From: a bacterium
GTDB lineage: Bacteria > Patescibacteriota > Minisyncoccia > Phycocordibacterales > JBBTRF01
DNA: 64,000 bases
NCBI GenBank assembly: GCA_037130265.1
Contig: JBAXTI010000002.1
Location: 26,870-90,869, forward strand
Reading direction: 5' to 3'
Positions 8,988 through 17,669 of the stretch are shown here, in pieces. The position numbers and the translations under genes are program-made. Position 1 is the stretch's first letter, and each line of letters starts with the position of its first letter. The notes beneath the pieces were generated by a model. That model worked only from the letters and a program-made list of their open reading frames with translations, was not told the DNA's origin and made no database searches.

Positions 8988-9788
8988 GTGCAACAGCACA
9001 CACTCAATGCCGTGACCCTTAACGTGGGCCGCGGATTTCCGGGTATCGAAAAGACGCTCGGGTTCTTCCATGGACAGGCCGCCGACGTCTTACTCTTGCA
9101 GGACCTTCGCGCCGATCACATCGGCGCGTTTCTCGTAATCTTCGGTCCTTCGGCGCATTTTGTGCCGATGTGTTACCACTTCTTCAGGGGTGGCATCGGC
9201 TGGGTGCCGGTCGGTGTCGGGATTTTCTCGAGACATCCACTGATCAACGTCTCGGCCTATGCCTACGTCGGTGCCGTGCAACCGGTCCAGAATCTGGATG
9301 GCTACGCACACGATGCTCAAGGTGCCTCCTTCGCGACGGACCTAGATCGTCTCCGCAAGACGGAATCTCGCCTCGCGGTCTTCGCCGACGTCGTCGTCCC
9401 GGGCTGTGTGCCCGTTCGTTTCGGTACCACTCACGGGGTTTGGACGCCCGGCGGTAAGGCCGACGATCATCAGCGCAAAGCCATGCGTATTCTCCGCAGT
9501 ATCATGGAGGAACGTATGATGGATGGTGCCGTAATGGCCGGCGACTTCAATGCCGCCGCTGGTGGCGAAATCCATCAGATGTTGACCGGATCCTCGGTTT
9601 ATAACTACCGGATGCCACACGGCATCACGAATACGGTGGATTGGGTGAAGCGTGGCAGATCCGGACCGCACTTGGTTGTGGACCAAATCTACGCTGCACA
9701 TCTCGACATTGCCGGTGTGGATGTGCATTCCGGAGTGAGCGATAACTTGGCGCTCACCTTCACGGTGCAGCTTCGGCCGGATCACTGA
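8988..9788 (+). CDS. endonuclease/exonuclease/phosphatase (EEP) family protein
   Basis: It has a GTG start preceded by AAAGGAGG 5 nt upstream. The motifs 'LNVGRG', 'VLLLQDL', 'AGDFNAA' and C-terminal 'SDNLALTF' (SDH-like) fit EEP. GC content is visibly higher here than in flanking genes, which explains the multiple overlapping spurious ORFs in other frames. Confidence 0.6.
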   Translation: MQQHTLNAVTLNVGRGFPGIEKTLGFFHGQAADVLLLQDLRADHIGAFLVIFGPSAHFVPMCYHFFRGGIGWVPVGVGIFSRHPLINVSAYAYVGAVQPVQNLDGYAHDAQGASFATDLDRLRKTESRLAVFADVVVPGCVPVRFGTTHGVWTPGGKADDHQRKAMRILRSIMEERMMDGAVMAGDFNAAAGGEIHQMLTGSSVYNYRMPHGITNTVDWVKRGRSGPHLVVDQIYAAHLDIAGVDVHSGVSDNLALTFTVQLRPDH

Positions 9789-9890
9789 TCGGCCTCATCC
9801 GCAACACTAATCCAAGCAGTTCTTTCGCGACTCCCCTGATCCCTTATCGGCCTTGCGGAGTTTTTTCTTTCCTTAGTTTCTCTGTCATTA

Positions 9891-10721
9891 CTACTTCCGC
9901 CACAGATACAGCGCGATTGGGAAGTAGTAGCTATTTTTGAATGTCTCTGCGATTTGAAAATTGAAATCACGATCAGCACCACGACCCATGAAAGACGGCC
10001 AGACTCTATTTTTAAGCTTTCTGAATTGCACTTTTTCTATGACCTCGCGCTTGAACATGGAGACACCAGCGGTGCCAGGGTAAGGTGATACGTTGCCGAA
10101 GAAGAGCTTGTTGAGCAGGCGCAGGCGTTTGTAGTGAAAGTGAGTCAATTCATTCAGGTGTGGAGAGATCTTGGCGACCAAACCTTTGGCTTTTTGTGAG
10201 AGCTTATAAATATCCGCTGGTCCAAGGATGTTACCGTCTATTTTGTATTCCGCTTTTGTGCCGACCAGATCTTCTTTGAAGCGTATGTAATCGGTAGTGA
10301 TATGTGTCGCGTTGTGTTTGATGAGAAGGTCGTGTTGAATCTCCAATCGGTTTAGTAGGGATGCATCATCGCCGTCTTGGAAGGTGATCAATTCGCCGCA
10401 CGCTTTGGCGAAGCCAAAATTGCGCGCGGCGTAACCGGCGTTGGTGTTTCGTTTCAGTATCGGATCGAGACGATCGACATCGTCGCTGGGTAAAGCATAG
10501 TAGTGGATCCGCGGATCTTCTTTTGATATTGCTTCCACAACCCGCCTCGTGTCGTCGATGCTATTGTCGTCCACCACGATCACCTCCATGTTCGTGTACG
10601 TCTGTCGAATGATTGATTCGATAGCTGTTTTGATCGTCGCACCATTGTTGTGCGCGGGAACAATGACCGAGATCAGTGGTCTTGCTGGAGTTGTCGCGGT
10701 ACTCGTCGAATCATTTTTCAT
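9891..10721 (-). CDS. family 2 glycosyltransferase
   Basis: 'ISVIVPAHNNGATIKTAIESIIRQTY..EVIVVDDNSIDDT' and 'FQDGDD' are the GT2 DXD region. Confidence 0.8.
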   Translation of the reverse strand: MKNDSTSTATTPARPLISVIVPAHNNGATIKTAIESIIRQTYTNMEVIVVDDNSIDDTRRVVEAISKEDPRIHYYALPSDDVDRLDPILKRNTNAGYAARNFGFAKACGELITFQDGDDASLLNRLEIQHDLLIKHNATHITTDYIRFKEDLVGTKAEYKIDGNILGPADIYKLSQKAKGLVAKISPHLNELTHFHYKRLRLLNKLFFGNVSPYPGTAGVSMFKREVIEKVQFRKLKNRVWPSFMGRGADRDFNFQIAETFKNSYYFPIALYLWRK

Positions 10722-12181
10722 GGGCGTAGTATATCATCAATGAATTGGCCGTAGGCGAAGGAAAAATGCTCTTTCGTGTGATGTTCTCGGACATAGTTCC
10801 AAGCAGCGCGCGCCATCTTTTCGAGCGTTTCCGGCGCTGTTTTTTCGATGGCACGCGCCTGGCGACAGATCGAATCTACTGTCGGCTTTTCTAGAATAAT
10901 CGCCGGTGCTTCTTCCAGTAAACCCGTCTGCTTGGTGACGATCGGAAACACGCCGGCGTGCATCGCCTGAATCACCGCCCCTGAAGTGCCTTCTGAGGCC
11001 GATGGGTAGATGAGGGTAGCACATGTATTTGCGATTGCGATGAATGTTGTATTTCCGACTACCATGTCCCCAGCCTTGTCTATCCTCGGTCGCGGATAGC
11101 AAGAGATGTTCGGTAATGTCAGTTCCTGAGCGTACGTCGATCGAAACTCTTTTTCGTATGTCGCAGGACCAACAATATGCAAGTGCAAATCCGGCATGGT
11201 CGCAAATGCTTCCACTACTAGATCGAGACCTTTGAGAATAGCGCCACCACCGCTGAAAAAGAGGAAGTGTTTTCGGGCTTCTGCGAAATTCTTGCTCGAG
11301 ATCTCAGAGATTTCAAATGTCTGTGTGACCGATATCGGAATATGTCGGATCGGCTTGTTGAATCGTGCGAACGTCGCGTGCACTGTTTTGTTGCCGAAGC
11401 CTTCGAGAAAATCGGCGTAAGCGGGGTTGTTTAGTCCAGCCTCGACTCTTTGTGCAGGTATAATAACGCCATGCCGCTGCTTCAGGTCGGCGAGTCGCGC
11501 GGCTTCAGCGGCATTCTGAAAGCCGCTCTCCGATGAAGTGATATGCATCACTTTTTTGCACGAAGCCTGAAGGGGTGAGGTGCCGTTGGCACTGGCGGTA
11601 CACCACCGCTCCAGATTTTGGCGGACATCGACGACGACGTTGTACGGCTTTCGAGGCATAAAAGAGGTATTCGACGCATCGATTACGTCGACTTCATACC
11701 CTCGCATCGAAAAGAGTCGCGCAATCTCGGAACATTCCCAATAGTTGGTGTGCGGGTCGGTGAACCTCTGCCAAGGAAGCAATGAAAAAGGGCCGGTGAG
11801 ATAGGATAAGAGCACTGTACCACGTCTCTGTGTCTTCGTGTGAATCGTTACCGTGCCATACAGTCGCCTGCGAACCTTGTTTCGATAAGTGATGAAGACT
11901 CGATAGTACCATTTTAGCCGTTCGAAGTGCACAGTGTCACTTTTTATCCATCGACGGATCTGCTGCCTGATTAGTGTTACTTGCGAACGAAAAATTTTCT
12001 CATAAAAAGCGTGGCCATATTCTTTGGAGAGCGTGACCCCGGTCGGCGTGCGCAGGCCATTGGCGACCACGAATGGTTGTTGAGGCCACCACGCCCATAT
12101 CTCCGCGAACACTTTTTTCGTATATTCCGGTCTACAGAAAATGATAAAAGCGACCGGTGAGGTGTTTTTATTCGGCGACAT
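10718..12181 (-). CDS. GT4-type (GT-B fold) glycosyltransferase with N-terminal extension
   Basis: The C-terminal 'YPSASEGTSGAVIQAMHAGVFPIV' is the GT4 EX7E-type motif. There is a 4-nt overlap with the downstream GT2 gene and a 14-nt overlap with the upstream asnB, suggesting an operon. Confidence 0.75.
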   Translation of the reverse strand: MSPNKNTSPVAFIIFCRPEYTKKVFAEIWAWWPQQPFVVANGLRTPTGVTLSKEYGHAFYEKIFRSQVTLIRQQIRRWIKSDTVHFERLKWYYRVFITYRNKVRRRLYGTVTIHTKTQRRGTVLLSYLTGPFSLLPWQRFTDPHTNYWECSEIARLFSMRGYEVDVIDASNTSFMPRKPYNVVVDVRQNLERWCTASANGTSPLQASCKKVMHITSSESGFQNAAEAARLADLKQRHGVIIPAQRVEAGLNNPAYADFLEGFGNKTVHATFARFNKPIRHIPISVTQTFEISEISSKNFAEARKHFLFFSGGGAILKGLDLVVEAFATMPDLHLHIVGPATYEKEFRSTYAQELTLPNISCYPRPRIDKAGDMVVGNTTFIAIANTCATLIYPSASEGTSGAVIQAMHAGVFPIVTKQTGLLEEAPAIILEKPTVDSICRQARAIEKTAPETLEKMARAAWNYVREHHTKEHFSFAYGQFIDDILRP

Positions 12182-13958
12182 GATATTTTTTGTGAGACTG
12201 CAACCAGATCTCTAGGCAGTAGAGCACCCAAATCTTGTAATTATATTCGTCACGGCCCTCATCGAAAAAGTGGTGGAGCATTTGATCTACGAACAGTTTA
12301 TTCAAGAAGGAAAATACCTCAGCCTGCGGATTGCCGAGCGTCTTTCGCACCTCTGCCTTGAAGCCGCCGGCGCGCAACCACTTTTTTACCGGCGCGCCAA
12401 AGCCCTGCTTGCGTCGATGTACGAACTCCTTCGGCATTACTTCGCCGAGGAGGTCTTTCAGAATGCGCTTATACATCACGTTGTTCGTCTTGTATTCTTC
12501 CGGCAGGTTATAGACATATTCAGCGAGTTTATGATCCAAAAAAGGCGAGCGGATCTCGAGCGAATTCATCATGCCCGCGCGGTCTGCCTTCACCAAAAGT
12601 AGGCCGGGCAGGTAGGTGGTGAGGTCGAACATATTTATTTTTTCAGCGGATGAAAGTTTCGAGTCTTTTACCTGCGAATTGAGGATGCTGATTTTGCTGG
12701 CGCACGAAGACGCAACCTTCCACAATTGCTTTCGCTCCGACGGGCTGAACACGCACACCATCTGTAAATAGCCTGACAAGGGATTCTGGAACATTTTTTC
12801 CACAAAGTTCTTTCGATACGACAAATTCTTGTGCCGAGTGTACCAGCCGTAGCCTAAAAAGAGTTCGTCTGCGCCGTCGCCGGACAGCGCCACTTTCACC
12901 TTGCTTGCCGCGAGACGTGATACTAGAAATTGCGGAAAATCCGAAGAATCAGCATGCGGCTCGTCGAAGTAGGCGATAGTCGAACGTAATTCATGGATCG
13001 CATCGTCTTTCGCTTGCAGCGGGTAGTGGTCCGTACCGATCTTCTTCGACGCCTCGAGTGCAAAGGGAAGTTCGTTGATGTAGTCCTGGTAGCCGACAGA
13101 AAAGGTTTTGATCGGCGCTTTCGAAAATGACTGCGCAATGTGGGTGACCAAGGTCGAGTCCACACCGCCCGACAGGAACGAGCCGATCTCGACGTCCGCA
13201 ATCATACGCTTTTTTACCGCTGCAGTGAGTAGGGTGCGCACCGTCTCGCGCGCCTCTTCATAAGTTGGGATTTTCTTTGTCCGTTTTTCCAGCTGCCAAT
13301 ATCGGGAAATTGAAAGTTTGCCTGAGTCCACAGTCGCCTGCGATGCTGGCGGCAAAGTATGCACATTCTTGTACACGGTCCTCCATGGTGGAATGTACAT
13401 GAGGGTTAAGTAGTCATCGAGCGCGCTTGGGTCGAGAACACCCTTGACCATGCCACTTTCGAAGATTGCCTTGATTTCCGAGGCAAAAATTAGCGCGCCG
13501 TGTTCATCGTGCGCATAATAGAGCGGTTTTTTGCCGAAGCGGTCGCGCGCCAAAAAGAGTCGCTGCTTCGCTTCGTCCCAGATCGCGAAAGCGAACATAC
13601 CTTCCAAATGGATCGGGCAGTCCTCGCCGTACTCCTGGTACGCCTTCAAAATGACCTCGGTGTCGGAGTTTGTCGAAAAAACGTGGCCTTTCGCAGTAAG
13701 TTCAGTGCGTAGTTCGCGATAGTTGTAGATCTCACCGTTGAAAGTGATCGTGAGCGGCGCTTTGTTGTCGCGCATTGGCTGATGTCCACCGGAGAGGTCA
13801 ATGATCGAGAGGCGAGTCTGGGCGAGGATGCATTGATCGAATTGCACAATCCCTTTGTCGTCCGGACCTCTCTTTGCCAAAGTGCCGAGCATCCGGGCGA
13901 GCGCCGCGTCGTCGTAGCTTTCAAGACTGATGCCGCTGATGCCGAGGATGCCGCACAT
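12168..13958 (-). CDS. asnB: asparagine synthase (glutamine-hydrolysing) family amidotransferase, full length
   Basis: The N-terminus 'MCGILGI' carries the Ntn Cys2. The motifs 'RLSIIDLSGGHQPM', 'ITFNGEIYNY' and PP-loop 'SGGVDSTLV' are present. This is the second AsnB paralog in the window. Confidence 0.9.
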   Translation of the reverse strand: MCGILGISGISLESYDDAALARMLGTLAKRGPDDKGIVQFDQCILAQTRLSIIDLSGGHQPMRDNKAPLTITFNGEIYNYRELRTELTAKGHVFSTNSDTEVILKAYQEYGEDCPIHLEGMFAFAIWDEAKQRLFLARDRFGKKPLYYAHDEHGALIFASEIKAIFESGMVKGVLDPSALDDYLTLMYIPPWRTVYKNVHTLPPASQATVDSGKLSISRYWQLEKRTKKIPTYEEARETVRTLLTAAVKKRMIADVEIGSFLSGGVDSTLVTHIAQSFSKAPIKTFSVGYQDYINELPFALEASKKIGTDHYPLQAKDDAIHELRSTIAYFDEPHADSSDFPQFLVSRLAASKVKVALSGDGADELFLGYGWYTRHKNLSYRKNFVEKMFQNPLSGYLQMVCVFSPSERKQLWKVASSCASKISILNSQVKDSKLSSAEKINMFDLTTYLPGLLLVKADRAGMMNSLEIRSPFLDHKLAEYVYNLPEEYKTNNVMYKRILKDLLGEVMPKEFVHRRKQGFGAPVKKWLRAGGFKAEVRKTLGNPQAEVFSFLNKLFVDQMLHHFFDEGRDEYNYKIWVLYCLEIWLQSHKKYHVAE

Positions 13959-13962
13959 AGGA

Positions 13963-15246
13963 TTATGGTTTTTGGGTAAATTGGAAATCGAACATTATTT
14001 TGGTCTGCGGAGGCGGAAGCTTCTTTGTGCGGTAGAATCCGTTGTTATCGAGGTTTATTACGGTCGCATCGAGGACTTTGTCAAAGACCTCGGAGTGCAT
14101 ACTGTCTGATGCCATGAAAAGGCTGAGCAAGTACTCGCCGCTCTGGAAATTGATATTTTTGACTTCCACCGAGATCTCTCCTTCGCCCGGTCGAAAATCC
14201 AGCCTCTGCTCGAGGACGTTGTTGGTGATGTTGGTGAGGTCTTCACCCTTGGTATTTTTGATATCGATGGATATCTTGGTGTCCTTGAACGTCTCATTCG
14301 TTTTATTGAAATAGGCGATGTCTAAAACGAGCGAGCCTTTTTCGTTCAAACCGCCACCTCGCAACTCGCATGAAGTGAAGCGCACCTTGCCGCTCCCTTT
14401 GCGGTCCTTGCGCGCACTGAGGTCCGCTTCGCCGAGTTCTTTTCGGGTGTGGAGGTAGAAGTCGATGACGTCCTTGGTGGAACCGACCATCTTCACCTTG
14501 CCGCCTTCTATGAGCACGCACTTGCTGCACAGTTTTTCAATCGCCGCCATGTTGTGGCTAACAAATAGAATGGTGCGACCCGTCTCCCTCACCACCTCTC
14601 CCATCTTGCCAAGACACTTCTTTTGGAAATCGGCATCACCGACGGCGAGCACTTCATCTACGAGTAAAATATCCGGCTCCATGTGTGCGGCAACAGAAAA
14701 GGCGAGGCGGACATACATGCCGCTGGAGTAATAGCGGACGGGCGTGTCGAGGAATTTTTCGACGCCAGAGAAGGCGACAATTTCGTCGAATTTTTTGGCG
14801 ATCTCATTCCGCGGCATGCCCAAGATCGCGCCATTCAAAAAGATATTTTCTCGTCCGGTCAATTCAGGATGAAAACCGGTACCCACCTCAAGCAGGGAAG
14901 CCACGCGGCCGCGCATGATGATCTCGCCTTCAGTCGGCGGAGTGATGCCTGTGAGGATTTTCAGTAAAGTGGATTTGCCCGCGCCGTTGGAGCCGATGAT
15001 GCCGATGATCTCGCCTCGCTGGACATGTAAATCGATATTTCTTAGTGCCCAAAACTCCTCTTTGGTATCCATACCGATCGCGGCTTTCGCTCTCAGCTTC
15101 ATGTAACGAAAAGGGTTTTTGAACATCGATGCGAGCACATCGCGTAACGCGACATAGCCGCCGCGATTGTGGCTGATTACATACTTCTTGCCGACGCCCT
15201 TAATTTCGATAATTGGTTGCATATTTTTTGGTGTGATTTCAATCAT
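13963..15246 (-). CDS. wzt: polysaccharide ABC exporter ATP-binding protein (Wzt/TagH-like) with C-terminal glycan-binding domain
   Basis: Walker A 'GSNGAGKST', the signature 'YSSGMYVRLAF' and Walker B 'ILLVDE' are present. An extra ~170-aa C-terminal beta-rich domain is typical of Wzt. The gene lies 9 nt downstream of the permease gene. Confidence 0.85.
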   Translation of the reverse strand: MIEITPKNMQPIIEIKGVGKKYVISHNRGGYVALRDVLASMFKNPFRYMKLRAKAAIGMDTKEEFWALRNIDLHVQRGEIIGIIGSNGAGKSTLLKILTGITPPTEGEIIMRGRVASLLEVGTGFHPELTGRENIFLNGAILGMPRNEIAKKFDEIVAFSGVEKFLDTPVRYYSSGMYVRLAFSVAAHMEPDILLVDEVLAVGDADFQKKCLGKMGEVVRETGRTILFVSHNMAAIEKLCSKCVLIEGGKVKMVGSTKDVIDFYLHTRKELGEADLSARKDRKGSGKVRFTSCELRGGGLNEKGSLVLDIAYFNKTNETFKDTKISIDIKNTKGEDLTNITNNVLEQRLDFRPGEGEISVEVKNINFQSGEYLLSLFMASDSMHSEVFDKVLDATVINLDNNGFYRTKKLPPPQTKIMFDFQFTQKP

Positions 15247-15255
15247 GGTATTTGC

Positions 15256-16092
15256 CTACAGGACATCAGCGAAATATTGTTCGACTTTTTTGAAATATAC
15301 CGTGCCGATCACTAGTAGGACGAGGCAAGCAGCAAAAGAGATCGACACGAGCTGCCAATTGATTGGCGCAGTTTCCAAAAGGGTGGCGCGCGCGGTCTGA
15401 ATGACCCCCATCATCGGATTGAGGGCGAGGAGCCAAGAGTATTTGCCAGCAATGCTCGCCGGATAGATCACCGGGGTCACGAAGAGCAGGGTTTGGATGA
15501 AGAATGGCAACACAAATCGCACATCGCGATATTTCACATTGAGCGCCGCGAGGAAAAGCCCGCCGCCGACCGCCGCCATAAAGGTGATCACTAGGAGGAG
15601 TGGGATGATTGCAATGCTGGCAAGGCCGGGAACATAGTCATAGTAGATCATCATGCCGGCGAGGATCACTGCGGCAATGGCGAAGTCTACGAGTTTGGTC
15701 GCCACTGATGAAAGCGGTAAAATTAATCGAGGAAAGTATACTTTAGTGATGATCGATTTATTGGAAATAAGAACGCTGCTGGTATCACTCAGTGCACCGG
15801 AGAAGAATTGCCAGAACAACAGGCCGACATACACGAAGATCGGGTAAGGCACGCCGTCGGAGGGAATGTTGGCAAGCTTACCGAAGAACAAGCTGAACAC
15901 CACCATGGTGATGAACGGCTGGAAGATCGCCCAGAGCGCGCCGATGCTGGTCTCTTTGTAGCGCACTTTCAGATCGCGCCAAGTGAAAAAGTAGAGCAGT
16001 TCTTTGTAGCGCCAGACCTCCTGTAAATCTTCGAAAGTTAGCACCTTTTTTGGGCGGATGAAGGTCTCGATTGTCTCAGTGTGTGTGTCCAT
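15256..16092 (-). CDS. wzm: ABC-2 type polysaccharide exporter permease (Wzm-like)
   Basis: It has six predicted TM segments. 'RDLKVRYKETSIGALWAIFQP' is the ABC-2/Wzm consensus. Confidence 0.85.
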   Translation of the reverse strand: MDTHTETIETFIRPKKVLTFEDLQEVWRYKELLYFFTWRDLKVRYKETSIGALWAIFQPFITMVVFSLFFGKLANIPSDGVPYPIFVYVGLLFWQFFSGALSDTSSVLISNKSIITKVYFPRLILPLSSVATKLVDFAIAAVILAGMMIYYDYVPGLASIAIIPLLLVITFMAAVGGGLFLAALNVKYRDVRFVLPFFIQTLLFVTPVIYPASIAGKYSWLLALNPMMGVIQTARATLLETAPINWQLVSISFAACLVLLVIGTVYFKKVEQYFADVL

Positions 16093-16122
16093 TGGTGTGT
16101 TGCGAAAAAGAATATTGAAATA

Positions 16123-16407
16123 TTACCACCTATTGAGCTTTTCCACGACCCCCTTTTTGGCGCTCAAGTAAGTGCGGGCGGCACCGCGTTCGAGTTCTGG
16201 AGAAACGAGGCGGAGTATCTCCTTGCCGAGAATACGGTATTGGCCGCCGACTTTGTTGGCACGCAACAAACCACGCTTCAGGAGGCGCTTGATTGTACTT
16301 TCGCTGATCCGCAAGATATCCTGTGTTTCGTTGGTCGTGTAGATACCAAGCGGCGCGACCCCAGTGACACCATTTTTAACGGAGACATTTTGTGACCCTT
16401 TGCTCAT
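16123..16407 (-). CDS. small helix-turn-helix DNA-binding protein (excisionase/MerR-superfamily HTH)
   Basis: 'DILRISESTIKRLLKRGLLRANKVGGQYRI' is an excisionase-family HTH. The ATG at 16407 is preferred over the ORF-track start. It is divergent from the GT2-GtrA gene. Confidence 0.5.
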   Translation of the reverse strand: MSKGSQNVSVKNGVTGVAPLGIYTTNETQDILRISESTIKRLLKRGLLRANKVGGQYRILGKEILRLVSPELERGAARTYLSAKKGVVEKLNRW

Positions 16408-16427
16408 ATATATTAATAATAACAAAA

Positions 16428-16457
16428 ATGTCAAAACATGTCAAAAGGTGTCAAGAT
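16428..16457. promoter_or_regulatory. three tandem 10-bp direct repeats (ATGTCAAAAC / ATGTCAAAAG / GTGTCAAGAT), candidate operator of the adjacent HTH protein
   Basis: Read directly. A fourth copy, ATGTCAAAA, overlaps the ATG of the GT2-GtrA gene at 16521. An inverted copy, GACATTTT, lies at 16384-16391 inside the 5' end of the HTH gene. Confidence 0.4.
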
Positions 16458-16520
16458 ACATTCAACCTCCAACTTCAATAATTGTCCCCTTCTTCCAAAT
16501 CTGCTATTCTAAAGCCTCAT

Positions 16521-17669
16521 ATGTCAAAATTGTCGATCATTATCCCTTGTTTCAACGAGGTGCGGACTATAGATGTCCTCATTGCTAGGGTGGAAGCGGC
16601 ACCCCTACCGAAAGGCTGGCAGAAGGAGCTGGTGATTGTTGATGATTACTCTACTGACGGGACTCGAGGTAAGCTTACGGCGTACGAAGGTAAACATACT
16701 GTCGTCTATCGAGAAAAGAATGGTGGCAAAGGCGCCGGTTTGAAGAGCGGCATGTTGAAGGTGTCGGGTGACTACGTCATCATTCAAGATGCCGATTTTG
16801 AATACGACCCCAACGAGTACCAGCTAATTTTGGGCGAGTTGGAGAAAAGCGGTCGAAAAAATGCAGTGGTTTTCGGCTCGCGCCTCATTGGGCAGAATAA
16901 ATTTTTTAACGCCGTCTATTTTTATGGCAATCGGACGATGACCGCGGCCTTCAATTTTCTGTTTGGTAGCCATATCACCGACATCACCACTTGCTACAAG
17001 CTCTTTCCTCGAGAAGCAGTACCTTTTCTCATGCGCTGGTCGGAGGATGGTTTTGTGTACGATGCAGTGTATCTGACCTACGAGCTTTTCCGTTTTGACA
17101 ATCACATCATTGAAGTGCCAATCACCTACACCGCGCGTACGCGAAAAGAGGGGAAGAAGGTCAATTGGAAGCACGGAGTGAAGGCATTCTACGCTATGGC
17201 TCATGTGAAGGTTGTCGAATCGATGATTGGCCGACCGATTGCCGATCTCTTTGCAAAATACGCCCAAATCGTGCGCTTTTTCATCTCCGGTGGCGCAGGG
17301 GTATTCACCAACCTGTTTTTACTCTACGTCCTCACGGAACTCGTGCATATTCACTATCTCGTATCAGCAACCGTCTCGTTCCTCGCAGCTGTTTGCGTGA
17401 ATTTTTTGATGCAAAAATTCTGGGCCTTCAAAGACGACCATGCCGACGCCGAGAAAGACGACCGCGAGCAGAAAGCCACATATATCCAGGCGATCCATTT
17501 TTTTGTAGTGCAGCTGGTGAATCTCATTGCGAATACTGGCCTGCTATATGTTGCTGTGACTCATCTCGGTTTACAGTACCTCTGGTCCGAAGCCATCATT
17601 TCCGCGTTACTTGCCTCCGTGACCTATTTTGTAAGTAAAAAATACATCTTTTCCAGCCAGAAAAATTAA
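16521..17669 (+). CDS. polyprenyl-phosphate glycosyltransferase (GT2, DPM1/ArnC/GtrB-like) fused to a C-terminal GtrA-like membrane domain
   Basis: 'LSIIIPCFNE', 'VIVDDYSTDGT' and 'IIQDADFEYDP' are GT2 signatures. The C-terminal ~130 aa have four hydrophobic helices typical of GtrA. The ORF-track start at 16482 is a TTG; the ATG at 16521 is preferred. Confidence 0.8.
   Translation: MSKLSIIIPCFNEVRTIDVLIARVEAAPLPKGWQKELVIVDDYSTDGTRGKLTAYEGKHTVVYREKNGGKGAGLKSGMLKVSGDYVIIQDADFEYDPNEYQLILGELEKSGRKNAVVFGSRLIGQNKFFNAVYFYGNRTMTAAFNFLFGSHITDITTCYKLFPREAVPFLMRWSEDGFVYDAVYLTYELFRFDNHIIEVPITYTARTRKEGKKVNWKHGVKAFYAMAHVKVVESMIGRPIADLFAKYAQIVRFFISGGAGVFTNLFLLYVLTELVHIHYLVSATVSFLAAVCVNFLMQKFWAFKDDHADAEKDDREQKATYIQAIHFFVVQLVNLIANTGLLYVAVTHLGLQYLWSEAIISALLASVTYFVSKKYIFSSQKN

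Noticed and set aside
8824-9015. 63-aa ORF in the E1-beta/EEP intergenic region
   Set aside because: It lies across the promoter-like TTGACA...TACAAC and the SD/GTG start of the EEP gene and has no motif content. It is more likely non-coding regulatory sequence.
9090-9785. Overlapping ORFs 9090-9320(-), 9170-9457(+) and 9342-9785(-) inside the EEP gene
   Set aside because: They are a by-product of the locally elevated GC content. Only the 8988-9788 frame shows EEP catalytic motifs (GDFN, SD[HN]) and a proper RBS.
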